Source: Azolla caroliniana
Lineage: Eukaryota; Plantae; Polypodiophyta
Reading direction: 5' to 3'
Length of the DNA: 64,000 bases
Assembly: GCA_043228905.1 (NCBI GenBank)
Contig: JBHGNT010000009.1
Span: 9,734,001-9,798,000, forward strand
The notes under the pieces were generated by a model that was not told the DNA's origin, did not search any database, and saw only the letters and a program-made list of their open reading frames with translations. Shown piece by piece: positions 13,488-27,769 of this stretch (its first letter is position 1; each line of letters opens with the position of its first letter). Position numbers and translations under genes: made by a program.

Positions 13488-15019
13488 GAGTGTACATCAT
13501 ATCTCGTCAAATTCCTTCCTTTTGGAGATATGATGTAAAATTGTCCGAGAAATACTCCTTGACCCCATCCGATCGAAGGCATCAAACATGTCGACTTATG
13601 GCTTTTTCGACTTTATTTTTAAATCCTTGGAAGTGTCTGAACACTTCACTCTTCTGCCGCATAGGATAGATCCAGGTATGCTTGAAGAAGTCATCGATGA
13701 ATGTGACATAATATCGGCAACCACCGAATGTTGCCGTCTGGGCTGGTCCCCACACATCTGAATGTACTACATCCAAGATCCCTTTGCTCACATTCCCCTC
13801 TTTTGGGAATGGTTGTCAATGTTGTTTGCCGAATTGGCAGGCTTCACATACACCAACTATCTCCTTTTTGGTAAATATCGGAAGTCTGATTACGACTCAT
13901 TTCCACTGTATTACTTTAAGCTTTTGGAGATTGATGTGGCCAATTCTCTTGTGCCACAGTTTCTAGTTAGTTTCGACTTTGAGGCCTTTGGTGAACATAG
14001 CCGACTTCACCTCAATCAATTCGAGGATGAACATCTGGCCTTCTCTTCGACCATGAGCAACTAATCGTCCTTCTTTATTGAATGGTACTTGCATACATTG
14101 TTCGACAATTTGGCATATCGAGACCAGGTTTTTTGGATGGTTGGGACATGCAATACATTCTTTAGGTAGGTTTGTTTGCCATCATTCCTGAATGGGACAT
14201 TTCCGATCTGCCGAATCGAGTGCGTTTTTTTGTCTCCAGTTTCGACATAGTTAGGTCAATCGGGTTGTCTCAACTCTCAGAACCAGTCTTCATGTGATTT
14301 GATTCTCCTGAGTCGACAAACCATACATTGCTTGGGGAAGAGGTGCTAGTCGGAACCTGTGCCGACATCGAATGCGCTTTATGCCTCATTACGAACATCC
14401 CACCATGATCATCATAATTGGAATTCGTGGCATAGTTTGTGAGTTGATGGCTAGTCGAAGCTGACTCTCATTTCTTCTTTCAGCGCTCCTCTTCGTAGTG
14501 GCCGAGTTTTCCACACTACCCGCATTCGATTGGGTTGTTGCGATGGCTCGGTCTGGTAGGATGGATCCCCCTTCTGCCGAACTCCCTAGGATTGTTCCTA
14601 TCGTCTTGCCATTGGTGGGGGTTGCGTTCTCGGGTCAGCTAACCCTGTCGGCCTTGGCCGAATCGACCTTTATTTCCTCAGCCGAATCCTCTTCCATCAT
14701 CTGACTCGGATTAGAGCATCTGACCATTGGATGCGTTGCTCCTTTGTCAAACTTGATTTTCTTCCATCAGTAATATTGATTGAAGGTCGAAAAAGGAGGG
14801 AGGGTTCTTCCTTGTGAGAATGGTTGATTTGATCATGCCAAACCGTGGTGACATACAACCAAGGCATATTTGCACCATTTCATCATCGTCGATGATGACA
14901 TTGATCGACCCAAGGGCATCCCATAACTCCTTGATCTTCAAGGTATAGTTGGTGATCGACATATCCCTTTGTTGTTTATTGTTTAACTCCTGTCGGAGTT
15001 AGAGCTTTCACATAGCTGT

Positions 15020-18000
15020 TGTCGTGAAGATGTTCGACGATATTGTGAAACTTGTAAGGAACATACGAAATCGAGTGTGGTTCTTCTCACGAAATATAGA
15101 ACAATAATAGTAAAGATACTATTTTAAATAAGTTTAATATCTTGGTACAAAAAGATGGAGGTCTTGAAGAGCTTATGAATGTACTTTACTACGTAGGAAA
15201 TGAACATCTAAGTGTCAAGTTATGTAGGTATGAAGTTTGCAAAGAAGAAGAGAAAAATATATGATATCCCACATAGACAGGACAAATAAAGATCCCACCA
15301 TATATAAGGCTGAGCAAAAACTATTATCTTTGTGTTTATGTGTGGAGCTTACCACTAGACTATAACATTTCCTTAGAAATGTTTCTCTTATGATTATAGT
15401 TTTACATGTAAACTCTCATATTAGAGCTTGATAGAGTGACATGTGATGCATGAGCGCCAAATGGCAAACATGCATCACATGCATTGTATGCATGTCTTGC
15501 ACCCGCATGCATCATATGGATGGGAGCATCTATAAAAGGATGGATGAAAAAGATCAAAAGTATGTTATGTACTCAAGAATTTAAGAAGAAGAAAGATTCG
15601 TTCCAATTGATGGTGTATCTTGTTTCTTAAATCTAAAGCCAAGGGTCCAATCTTAATCTCTCTCTATCTCTCTCACGCCATATCAATCTCTCTCGACCCA
15701 AAGTCAAGCGTTAAAATCTCTCTCTCTTTTAATCTATCTTAAATCCTTTCTCGCTAAAGTTAGTACAAACCCTTTAGATGCATGTGGTGCGATAGCATGG
15801 ACCACATGAGAAGGGATTGCGCGAGCCTTCGAGAGGCGATCCGACAAAATATTGTATACATAGATGACAACATGATCTGCTCGACTGAAACTCGAAGACC
15901 CCTATGGGTGAATTTTGGAAGAGGGGGATTGAAGAAATCTATGGAAGATGTTGAGGCGACGCATGTGGATGCGGTGCACTATGCTGCAACGACTGGAATA
16001 AGAGTCGGGAAAGACAAAAATGAAGCTGCGAAAGTGGGAGCAAAGTTTTGGTCTTCCGTTCTCGAGTATGAGAAGATGGGGAAGGTCACATCGAACAAGG
16101 TAGAGCTTGCGGACCGAAGCGTGCAAAGCATAACCGGGTGGTCGGATCCGGTGGATGACAACACCATACTCACGGAAGTGATGTGTGACAACCATGAGGT
16201 GTTCGTTGAAGAAAAGAGAAAAAGAATAGAAGAGCAAGGCCCATCAAAAAGACACGAAACAAGGAACGTGAAAAAGAAAGAAGATGCAGAAACGAGTCGA
16301 TCTTTACAAATGGAGGAAGGAGACGCTAGCTGAAAAGCGGAGTCGAAGAAATGGTTCGGCCCGTGAAGATTGGTGTCGAAGACCCCGCTCGAAAGATAAG
16401 GACTATGCCTACCTATAAGGTAAGGTTGGACATAGAGCAGATGACAGACCTAAAGAAGATTCTCGAGGAACGTGTTCTTGACAGCCATGTGACTTTGTCC
16501 TTGAGGGAATTACTCGGCATTACGAAGAAGGAGTTCCACGACACAATTGTGGATCTTGTAAAGAGAAAAGGCAACAATCGGACGAAGAAGAATAGAAGCC
16601 ACTAAAAGCAAAAGCAAATGCCATAACGATGGTAAGAGACGAAGTCGATGAAGAAATGGTTGACAGCCACTATACTCGACCTCATTGGGCACGAGCGACA
16701 ACAGAGACACTGGTGAAGATCGGGGAGAAGAAAGAGACCGTGGTCGCCTTGATCGACCACGGCTCGGAGATCAACCTCATGTCAACCGACTTCTACAAAA
16801 AAGGAAGATGGCCAATCAATACAAATCGTGGATGGAAGATTCGCGCGGCAACAAAGACTACGGAGGACTTGTACTGAGCTTGTCCCAATGTTAAGGTCGC
16901 GATCGGGGATGTGGAGATGGATCAACACTTCTTCGTGCAAGAATCGGCGTCGCATCCTGTCATCCTAGGACAATCGTATATCACATCATCTCGGATGGAA
17001 ACCAAAGTGTTCGACAATGGTGCGGCATTTGCTCGAATAAAGAGTCTTGATAGCCAAAGATCTGTTCAATATCTAACGGTGCGAGCTAATCATGAAAGAA
17101 ATCGAGATAGTTTGGAGGCGAATCGTCGGATTTTTAGAGCGGACTATTGAAGCATGGGGCACAAATAGTCCGAGCGATCACAAGTCCTCACAAGAAAGAA
17201 GAGCACGTGGATTGCGGAGCATACGACCGGAAGCCTTCTCCATCCAAGGTGAACGCGATCCAGGACATGAAAGAAGAATGTGTAAACCAAACAAAGGTTT
17301 GAAGGTTCCTTATAGCATGCACATTTTATCATATCTGGATTCCGCACTACGCCCATGTCACCGAGCCTTTATATGGATTGTTAAAGAAAAGAATGAAGTT
17401 CGAATGGTGAGACGAGCACACAAACGCGATGCGAAGATTGAAGAAACTACTTCTTGAAGCTCCAACACTAAGAAAGTGTCGCGAACCCAACGTTCCTTAT
17501 GCGCAACGCTCGGCCACAACCGAGCTTAGAATGATACACAGAAAACGGGAAATAGAACAGGACACAAAGGAGAGGAAGATACACAGGAGGTTTACGTGGA
17601 AAACCCCAAACTAGGGGAAAAACCACGGCAGCCCACAGGCTGCAAACTGTCACTATGTAAGAATGTACAAAACAGTGAGTTCACGGAGGCAACGACCTTG
17701 GACTCACGATCTTCGCCACAGGCGGCAGTTACAACAGAGGCAACGACCTCGTCTCTCTCTCTCTCTCTCTCTCTGTACAGTTACGCACTCTCTCTTCTTC
17801 TTGCACCAACAAGAAAATGACAACAACAACAACAACGAAAATTTGCCCTAAGTCATATTTATACTAATATGACTTTTCGGCTATTTACAAATGTAGCCTC
17901 GATGGGCTCTCAGAAACATATTTACGAATATGTCTCTTCATCCGGTTCTCACCGGGTCTGTACCATCCGGCTCTTCGTAGCCGAGTACTCCTCATCCGGT

Positions 18001-20916
18001 TCATACCGGGCCTGCACCATCCGGCTCTCCGTAGCCGAGTACTCCTCATCCGGTTCATACCGGGCCTGCCCCATCCGGCTCTCCGTAGCCGGGTACTCCT
18101 CATCCGGTTCATACCGGGCCTGCACCATCCGGCTCTCCGTAGCCGGGTACTCCTCATCCGGCTCTCCGTAGCCGAGTTTGTTCATCGGCACTGTTCTTCT
18201 TCCTTCCCATTCGGAGGGACCTGTTTCTCAACAGAAAGGTCGACTATACCAAAGGGAAGCCGATTTATGTGATTGTAGATACGAGCCCAACCGGAATCGG
18301 GTGGGTCATCAACCAAGAAGGAGAAGATAATGCGCGGTATGCCATCTGGTTCGGAGCAAAGGTTCTCAACGAATGATAACAAAGATATGCCCAAGTCAAG
18401 CGAGAACTTTGGGGTATTGTGTCGGTAGTGAAGATGGACAAAGACTACCTGATCGGATCGGAAGTAATAATTGAGACAGATTGTCTCCCAATCCTCGGGA
18501 TGATCTCAGGATGTGCGACACCAGATCTAGCTATGCTAAGGTGGATCGCCTATATCAAGTCTTTAAACCCAGAGATCCGCCAGATTGCAGGGATGAAAAA
18601 CGCCATGGCTGACATGCTGTCGAGGTCAAGATTTTAGAATGAAGGTGACATGGTTTCGAAAGATGAAGACATCACCCTTGACTTCTTCAAGATGGCTCCA
18701 CTATCGGCGGAAGACAAGGGCACGCTAACCCTCCACACCTTAAAAGAGGACGAGTACGAAGGGGAGTGGTTACTAATCGGTAGATTCCTAAGAACGATGA
18801 CGACGGACGCTTCATTGACGAAGGAGGAGGCCCTGGAATCCGGAAGAAAGCCTACCAATACTTCTTGAAGGGAGGATTCCTTTGGCGACATCCAAAAAGA
18901 AGGACAAGAATACCACGAGAGAAGAGAAAGAAGAAAGAAAGAGAAAGTGACGCTAATGACCGAATTCCACGAGAGTGCCTGGGTAGGTCATAGAGGAACA
19001 TGGGCGACGTTCGAGAAGTTTAAGGAGAAGTATTGGTGGCCAAGCATGTACAAAGATGTACTCCATTTCGTGTCCACATGCGAAACATGCCAAGTACATT
19101 CGAATATACGTCATCATGATGAGTTGCGTCCGACATACCCGCTCACCATACACTTCAAATGGATGGTGGATCTTCTCTCAATCCCAATGGGAGTGGGACA
19201 AATGAAGTACTTGGCTCTGGCAAGAGAAGACTTGACAAATCAAATGAAAGGATGGGCCTTGACAAATAAAACGACGTCGGCTTTTTGCAAATTTCTCCTC
19301 GAAGAGGTTGTCTATCGATACGGATGTGTGAGAAAGATAGTTGTCGACCGAGGGGAGTTGGATGCACACGAAGCAACGGAGCTCTTCGAACGACTAGGCG
19401 TGAAGTTCTCCCTCACGACTGCCTACAATCTAGAAGCGAATGGGAAGATCGAGTGAGGGCATGGACCTATCGTCAAACCCATCGTACGGGCATGCAACGG
19501 TCGAGTAGGGAATTGGCCATGACTATTACCCTATGTCTTGTGGGCCGACAAAACGACACGTAGCTCGGTGACGGGGTATATGCCAACAGAGCTTATGTAT
19601 GGACAAAAGTCGGTAATGCCTATCGAAAGGACGATCGTCACATGGGTAGCGATACCATGGGAGAACAAGATGAGTTGAGAAGAGTTATTAGTGGAACGGA
19701 AAAGACAACTTGAAAGGAGACCTGAAGATCTAGAAAAAGCGCAAAAGATGATGGAGGCAGCCCGAGTGAAGACCAAAATTCGGTTCGACAAGACGCATCG
19801 AAGATCGAAGAAGGAGATTGGGTATTGGTCTACGACAACAGCCTTGACAATCAACATAGGACAACAAGGATGTTCGCAAGAAGATGGTTCGGACCGTATA
19901 TAGTGATAAGTGCCAACAACAATGCAAGATACCACCTTGCGGAGGTAGATGGATCAAGGCTGGCCATACCCATTGCGAGAAAAAGAGTAAAGATTTTCAA
20001 GAAAAGACAAGACGAGGATCCTGACCTCGATCACCTCAACGATGAAGATAATAGGGTGGATGTGAATGAAGACGTGGAAGAATCTGATTGATCATCGTCG
20101 CCGAAATCTTACACTCTCTCTTCTTCGCATGTACTGGAGGACGTGCGGTTTGGCGGGGGTGGATGTTGTGAAGATTTTTGGCGATAGTGTGAAACTTGTA
20201 AGGAATATACGAAATCGAGTGTGGTTCTTCTCACGAAATATAAAACAATAATAGTAAAGATACTATTTTAAATAAGTTTAATATCTTGGTACAAAGTTTA
20301 ATAAGCTTATGAATGTACTTTACTACGTAGGAAACGAACATCTAAGTGTCAAGTTATGTAGGTATAAAGTTTGCAAAGAAGAAGAGAAAAATATGTGATA
20401 TCCCACATAGACAGGAAAGGCTTACTACTAGGTTATAACATTTCCTTAAAAATGTTTCTCTTATCATTATAGTTTTACATGTAAACTCTCATATTAGAGC
20501 TTGATTGAGTGACATGTGATGCATGAGCGTCAAATGGCAAACATGCATCACATGCATTGTATGCATGTCTTGCACCCGCATGCATTATATGCATGGGAGC
20601 ATCTATAAAAGGATGGTTGAAAAAGATCAAAAGTATGTTATGTACTCAAGAATTTAAGAAGAAGAAAGATTCATTCCAATTGATGGTGTATCTTGTTTCT
20701 TAAATCTAAAGCCAAGGGTCCAATCTTAATCTCTCTCTATCTCTCTCACGCCATATCAATCTCTCTCGACCCAAAGTCAAGCGTTAAAATCTCTCTCTCT
20801 TTTAATCTATCTTAAATCCTTTCTCGCTAAAGTTAGTACAAACTTCAAATCCTTCCAGTCCAGAACCGCGGCGGTTCCGCCTCGCGATCCGTACGTAGTA
20901 ACAGATCTTCACGACA
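15020..20916 (+). mobile_element. Non-chromovirus Ty3/gypsy, internally deleted (5' LTR 15020-~15770 truncated; 3' LTR 20164-20916)
   Basis: Termini TGTCGTGAAGAT...ATCTTCACGACA; 4-bp TSD CTGT/CCGT; gag knuckle CMWCDSMDHMRRDC; protease LIDHGSEIN; RNase H; integrase with GPY motif; PPT 20150-20163; PBS, most of gag and most of RT deleted. Confidence 0.9.
17477..18233 (-). mobile_element. Solo LTR of a Tork-like copia, with a 54-bp tandem repeat (about 17940-18180)
   Basis: TG..CA ends; perfect TSD GAAAG; homologous to LTR 53398-54138; inserted in gypsy RNase H. Confidence 0.9.
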
Positions 20917-21393
20917 CCGTATTGGCCGCAAAAATCTTCTTGAGATTACCCCAAGATTCTTTCGGCGTTTCCACCTCTCGAATTTAGCCAAGCATGTGAT
21001 CATGGACACATGATGCAAGGCAATACAACACACTTGTGTGGCTTGCTCCCAGGTTGGGTAGTCAACGTGTGTCGGGTTGGGGTGCATTTCGTGAGCTCCC
21101 TCGATATATCTCTAGTATCCTTGACCAACAAGGTATTGATGCATCTTGTATTCCCAAGATGTCAAGTTTGTTCTATCAAGCTTCTCTGTAGGTAGAGCGC
21201 TTCCCAGCTGAATGTTTATGATGTTGATTTCTTCTCTATTGTTGAATCGATTCTATTGATTGTCAATATAGGACACAACACAACACGGTTGAATAGGTTC
21301 GATCCGAAAACCACATGCTCTGATACCATGTAAATAATTGGGAATGATTATGTGCAACGGAAGTGAACTGTGTGTAAGTGTACGTAAGACAGG

Positions 21394-21445
<52 letters not shown>

Positions 21446-21739
21446 TTGAACAAGAAGCTCTATATTAGCAAAGAGAAAAATTACGTCCAACAGTAACTAA
21501 GTTACAAAGAGTTCGTTTAAATACCAACTAGTCTAGGACAAATGCCCTTTCTACTAATTAGAAAACTAACCTAGTATGATGTCTATCGGCTAGCGTGAAC
21601 ACTATCTTTATGGGAAGTTGAGTTTTGTTCTCAACAACAAACACACATGAAAAAGAGAGAGTATGCACAATGACATACTATATTTTATAGCTTTATGTAG
21701 CCTTGATTACAAAAATGTGACTAACCCTAGATAGTTTTC

Positions 21740-23130
21740 ACATGAGGGTCCTATCAAGAGTGTGTTCCCACACACATCTAGGCATATATTCTGTCTGACA
21801 CTCCTTGACCTTAAATGTGGCAGTCCCTTGACGAGTTCTATATAAAATCACGTTGGCCCGTTGTGTTTAGTTGATCATCTTTAGTTTATTAATATAGTAT
21901 TTTCTTCAGTGCATAAGTTGCCATCCCCTATTGTGTATTTTATTATTTCTGGTTTTTTTCTCTAATTCCTTCTCTTGTCTCACACATGCACTACTTCGGC
22001 ACTACGATTTCTTTGTAACCAATGCCTTGATTTTAGGCATAGCCTTTCTATTCTTTGGGCTTTGTGCCACCTTACTGCTCCATAAGAATCATGATTTCCT
22101 AAAACTTCGAAGTAAGATTAGATCCCATGTCTAATTTTACTGCAAGCTTTCCATTACTTCATCAAAGCTAGCCTGATCTATCTTTTCTGTTGGTTTGGCT
22201 ATTGTGTCACTTCAGTGTACCTCATGGAACGTATCTATTGATCGATGGATTTATGCCTCCCGTTGATGTCGTTGGCCTTCAGTTCAAACCAACATATACC
22301 CTTTTGATGGCAAATCAAGTAAAGTTGGTTGTCGAGCACCATCAAGCTACTACCTTACCGAGCATTTACCTATTAGAACTTAATGTTACTCCCTTTCTCC
22401 CTTGCTTTACTCTCTCATACACAAAGAAGATATATTATCATTAACACCACTTCTGAATATAAAGAGGTTTAACACCATCCAAGAGGAGGAGATTAGGGTG
22501 AGCCACTACTCCAAGACCTCCTCTTTGATCTTTGTAGCGGGCTCCTACTTGGCCCACTCATGTCTTCTAGTACTTCTCTACCCCTGCTAGCCAGTTTGTT
22601 AGTCATTCGGCTAGTCGTCCCAATAGTGGATCAACTAGTTTTTTATTTACCAGGGTGGCTAGTGTCCATTGATCCTCTTTTGCTAATGCCATCTTGGTTA
22701 TGGACTTCATTCCTTGGTGTAGCAAGAGTTCTCCTAATCGATGAATACATCTATACTTATATACATCTTCTTTGTTGTTGGGTTGTAGCACCAATTGCCC
22801 TTTAGGAGTCCTTCTCCTCATCTAAATATATGATGAAGACACACTTCTCTAACTTTGCATCCAGCTTGTTCCAAACTTCCCTCAACATATGCATATAGAC
22901 TATTGACCCAAACACTTTCTACTCAGCTACTATGATACATATATTCATGACGTACACTACTATGCTCGTTGCTTCCACCCAGTAGTACTTGGGCATCTTC
23001 TTTTCTTCCCTCATCATTCGAGTGATGTTGATGATTGTTTGGTTCTTCCTCTTTGCCACTCTGTTCAATTTGGCATATATCTGCATCTGATGTGCTACCA
23101 TCAAATTCCTTGGTTGTTCAAGAAGTATGT
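21740..23130 (-). mobile_element. Highly decayed copia integrase/RT remnant
   Basis: ORF 22919-23104 'AKRKNQTIINITRMMREEKKMPKYYWVEA'; boundaries approximate. Confidence 0.6.
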
Positions 23131-25887
23131 GAATTTGTCAGAAAAATACTTCTATTTATCTACTTTAACCACAAAGGTCAACCGAGAGCATTGGATTATG
23201 TTTATATTATTTTAACTAGATTTAATGCCATTACATTTTTCATTTTCCTTCTCCACAAAGGCTCGATAGGAGGGGAGCCCTTCATAAAAGATCCCTTTCA
23301 AAAAAAGCTGAATCTCGTGTGGAATCCACGAAGTTTCTCTCTCATGCTCAATTGGGCTTAACCTCCTCATAAAGTCTCTCAATTAGAAGAACTTTTTTCT
23401 GTTGTCAAACCGAATGCAAAGTGATATATACATTGAACCACTTTTCAAAATTGATTTCATCTAGTTTCCCTTGATTACTCCTTAATTACTTCCCTCGTAT
23501 CTAGTTTCTCCAACAAAGAACACACTCGTTCTTTCATAAGGTCTACAAAGACATTTTCTTGTGAAGGATCCAACAAGTTGTTCTCTCCTCAACCACTTGA
23601 GAGTCCATTACTTGATATTGTTACAATGACAATTGGATTGTCTCATGTTGGCTATGGAACCTACATTAACAAATGTTTATTGTTTTACATGTGATTCACA
23701 CAAAAGCTATAATTTCCCTAAGTTCTACACCACCCTTATCCCCTAATTCTCATAACAAAAAGACATACAAACATACATAAATGCTAATAAATAAATACAA
23801 GAACACACACAAAATCCACGAGCTTACGCACGCATACAGATACACAAACACATTCACAACTGCACCTACACAACTTCTCGAACAATACTTCCACTTACAT
23901 ACACATACACACGAGAGTGCACACCCACATAGTTATTAAGTTAAACACATATAGGCCCACATACACTTTCTCTTGCACTCATACACACATACTTGCATAT
24001 ACAAACCAAAAGATACTAAAAATAGCCACATTAGCACTGAGATGCATCATAAAACAGTATTTTATCATATAGGTGCATCTTTATTGTTGCACCATCATGA
24101 AGTAAGAAGGGCTGAACGTATGAATCATGATTGTGTCCCAATGTACCTATTCTTATCTTCCAAACCTTCATCAAGAATGCCTCGAAATCCATCTTCCTTG
24201 GCTCAAGACTCTGATGATCTTGCTCGTATCATTCAAGGTCTTATTACGTATTCCCCCTACAACATATCCAAACACTTCATACCACCCCCATGACCTCACG
24301 TGCACAAGTTAGGCATTAAGGTAGCTTCATGATTTTAGAAAACAATTATGAAGATATGCTAAGTATAGAATGAAGATTTAGTAAAGGGTGAATCTCACTT
24401 GTCATATGTTGAACAAATAGGTGATTTGTGAAATTGATGAAGACTTGCTAAGTGAGCATGATAACTTGTTTATTGGATAGCTTAATGGAAATGCATTATT
24501 TTATCATAGAGTTTTTTCTACTATGAAATAGAGATCCCACTTCTTAGGAAGGCGACAAATACAAAATGTGTTTTCTAGTTCCACGACAATTTTGTCTTGT
24601 TTAAGGGCAATAAAAATTATAATTATGTTTCTCAATCATACAAAATAATTGGATGTGCTTCCTCTCCCAACATATTGTAATGTTTTCCACCGTACATATG
24701 AATTATAATTTCACAAGAGACATTTATTTATATGTGGTAGTGACTCATTAAAATCAATGTAGATATTTTTCATAACGTTTTCCTCTTTAAAGCACATGTT
24801 TTAAATTCAAGCACTCAAACATCATGTGGAGGGAAAACCACACCGCATTGCATTGCTAGTTACAAAACAAGTTGATTGATGTGATCATTATTTTCTAAAG
24901 TCAATATAACAAAAAGATTGCACAATTACACAAGTTTTGAATACTTTCTCTGTCTAGACTCTATCACAACATTTATTAGTAAAATATTTGGATGTAGAGA
25001 GTTCGTGCTCAATTGCTCCTGTAATTTGAAAAAAAATCACTTTCAATTCCAAATGTCAAATTATTTGATATTTAAGGACAATAATAAAAACCATCAAATC
25101 CATTTGTTTCTCTCATAAATGTCGATGATATCAAAATAAGATGATTATGCACAAAAAACTCGATGGTCCCTATACAACTATGAGGAGATTATTGAATGGC
25201 AAACCATCTAAGATGTTGTAATGATAAATAATAGAAAGGCAACTCCAAGGGCAAGGCACTCAAATAGATTAGTTATGAAAACTAACCAATTAAGTTTCAT
25301 TTTCACTCGCATATTTGTTGTGGTATTGTATAGAGATCATCGAATAATAATAGTAAGTTTAAGTAATAGAAAGGTGTTGGAACCAATGTTGGGCAAAGTT
25401 TTTAACCCCTACTGGAAATTTTCCTGCTGCTTGTGATCCTAACCGGAAATTAAAAATTTTAACCAACAACTTTCCTACAAGTGATAGTGTCAACCGAAAC
25501 ATGTTAAATTTTTTTTTACCACAAACCAAATTGTTGTAGCACATGTATGATGCAACAACTGTATGGGCTTTAAGACGTCCCATGTACATATGGACATAGA
25601 GAGTCCACTAATCATTATGTTGTCCTAAATATATAGGAAACTATCCACCCCACATGAGATCATTTGAGTTCAATTGACAAAACCCTCCCCCTTTGATGAT
25701 AGAAGCATTGTTACATCAATAAAAAACAATGACTAGCACCACCAAACCCATACATACTGTTATGACTTGGTGAGGATTGAGCTTTTACCTGAAAATACTT
25801 CTCTTTGGCAAAAAGATCATACTTTGTTGAGTATACCTTTAAGCGAAAAGGATAATCTCTAAGATATGAGTCATGACATACATTTCC

Positions 25888-26581
25888 AAGCTCAACCGGA
25901 TCCGGATCGGCTGAACAAGCTCAGCTTGACAAGATCAGCCGGATCGAAGTTCGGAACGGAGAACCCGATCGGTGTCAAGATCGGTATTCGGAACCAAGAG
26001 ACGGATTAGATTGGAAATGGTAGGCATATTTTTAGGAGTTAGTGTCAATCGCTTGTATAAGCATTGAAGTACTTGTTAGTACTTCTGTTAGTCCTTTTAA
26101 GGACTTGTATGAAAAGTGTTATGTAGAACATTTGTATGTATAGAGTGTTTTCTTTTTTTTAATTGAGTTTATTGTTCTGCTCTCTGTCTATCCCGTGTAA
26201 GGTTTCCATTAAACCAGTGTCTATATTCTTTAGCTATCCGGATGAGCCGGTTTTGTCTTAGCTTCTGCAATCACATTCTTTTACAGAATCAGAGTTAGCC
26301 GATTTGGAAGAGATGTTTGATTCCAAGGAGCCGAATCAATTGAAGGCCAAACGAACGAGAAGGCATCAGAAGTCGACGTTGACACGGAGGAACTAACGGG
26401 TCGAGAAGCGTCAAAGTCACAACATGGAAGGACCGGAGATGGGCCTTATGAGCAAACAAGCCGACTGAGAGAGTTGAGGTGCGCAGAACCAGATGGGTCG
26501 TGAGAAGCGGGACTAAACGGGTCGAGGAACAAGAGCAAGGCGGGAAGTCACCATGAGAAGCTGGAGGGAAGGACCAGCAGA
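25888..26581 (+). mobile_element. Copia family B LTR (5'-truncated, ends 26285) followed by a family B 3' internal fragment
   Basis: Homology to the reverse complements of 54876-55315 and 31600-31850. Confidence 0.7.
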
Positions 26582-26980
26582 TATCACGAAAGGGTGGAAT
26601 GAGGCTAAGTACTAAGAGAGGGCGAGACCATAAGCAAGATCACAAGATATTCACGGACAAGTAGACAAGGATGAATATTAAGAGATAACGGGAGAGAGAG
26701 CATAGACAAGGGAACAAGCAAGAGAGAGAGCAAATAGACAAATGAATAAGAACTAAATTATGCTTTCGTAACTAGTATTGTTCACCTTGATTGTAATCAA
26801 GGTGCACCCCAATATTTATACAAGAATGTGGAGGTATGCATGAAAGCTAGAAGACTTCTAGAGAGTGCATGGAAACTTCAGGAGAGTGTATGAAGATGCA
26901 TTCTCTAGAAGGTTCTTGAAAGTTCTAATGATCAATCTATAATGAAATAAGTTGAACCTTATATAATACAATAATGTATA

Positions 26981-27052
26981 GGCGAATGTAGTTCAACTGG
27001 TAAGGTTGCCCAATAAGACCAGAAGGTCATGGGTTCAACCTCCAATGTTCCA
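26981..27052 (+). other. tRNA-like Pol III promoter cassette inside the chromovirus LTR (antisense to the element)
   Basis: A-box-like TAGTTCAACTGG and B-box-like GGTTCAACC at tRNA spacing; no intact cloverleaf. Confidence 0.55.
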
Positions 27053-27180
27053 TGTAACATCCTGTCTATGACATTATCCTCCCTCTAAGGTCACCTCCTA
27101 GGACCCGCGGCCGGTTTCTGTGGATAACGTTCATGAAATGCTCAAACTATGTGCAGGGCATGCTTGAGATGGTGTGCTGG

Positions 27181-27769
27181 TGTTGTGAAGATTTTCGGCT
27201 ACGGTGAGAAAACCGGGAGGGACAAATAAAATGGGGATGTGCAACATTGCACATGCACTTGTAAATTTGTGTAATAAGAATAAGTAAACAAATGTAGTGG
27301 GAAGGGTAATAATCTAAGGTGCTAAAGGTGCACCACGAAGTACGTAGAGGCATAAATGTGATGTGCACTTTGTAGAGTAGAATGAGTAGTGGGCATTGAG
27401 AGTGAATGTGATAGGAGAGAGAGAGTTAAGGCCCACCGATTTAAGATCAAGGGAGATATTCCCCATTAAATGAAAGGGGATTTGACTCCCTCTTGTAATG
27501 TGCTCACCCCTTACTACTATAAAAGGGAGTGAGGGGTCACTTGTGAAGGGTTTGCCTATTTTGAGTGAGAGAGGAGTTGCATGTTGATGTTTCTTGACTT
27601 GGTGTATCTTGCCTCCATCTATTTTATTCTATGTTTATGTGTTATTCTTCCTCTTCTCCTCTTGAGCTAAGCTTCCATTTTGTGTCTTATTCCTTCTCCT
27701 CTACTCCCTAGTCCAAGACCCCCGTGATCCTGCCTCGGATCCTACACTTACTCGCGGAATACCGCGACA
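27181..27769 (+). mobile_element. Solo LTR of the TGTYGTGAAG gypsy clade, inserted in the chromodomain coding sequence
   Basis: TGTTGTGAAG...CGCGACA; flanks CTGG/TCGG (CCGG with deamination); 3' half resembles LTRs 44934-45598 and 49203-49872. Confidence 0.85.

Larger units (their letters stand above)
11070..21636 (-). mobile_element. Ty1/copia bounded by two LTRs (11070-11341, 21329-21636), degenerate, with nested insertions
   Basis: Matching TG..CA LTRs; 5-bp TSD ACAAA at 11065-11069 and 21637-21641; PBS 21317-21328; fragments of gag, integrase (HSDVWGP), RT (LYVDDL) and RNase H (GYTDANWAG). Confidence 0.93.
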
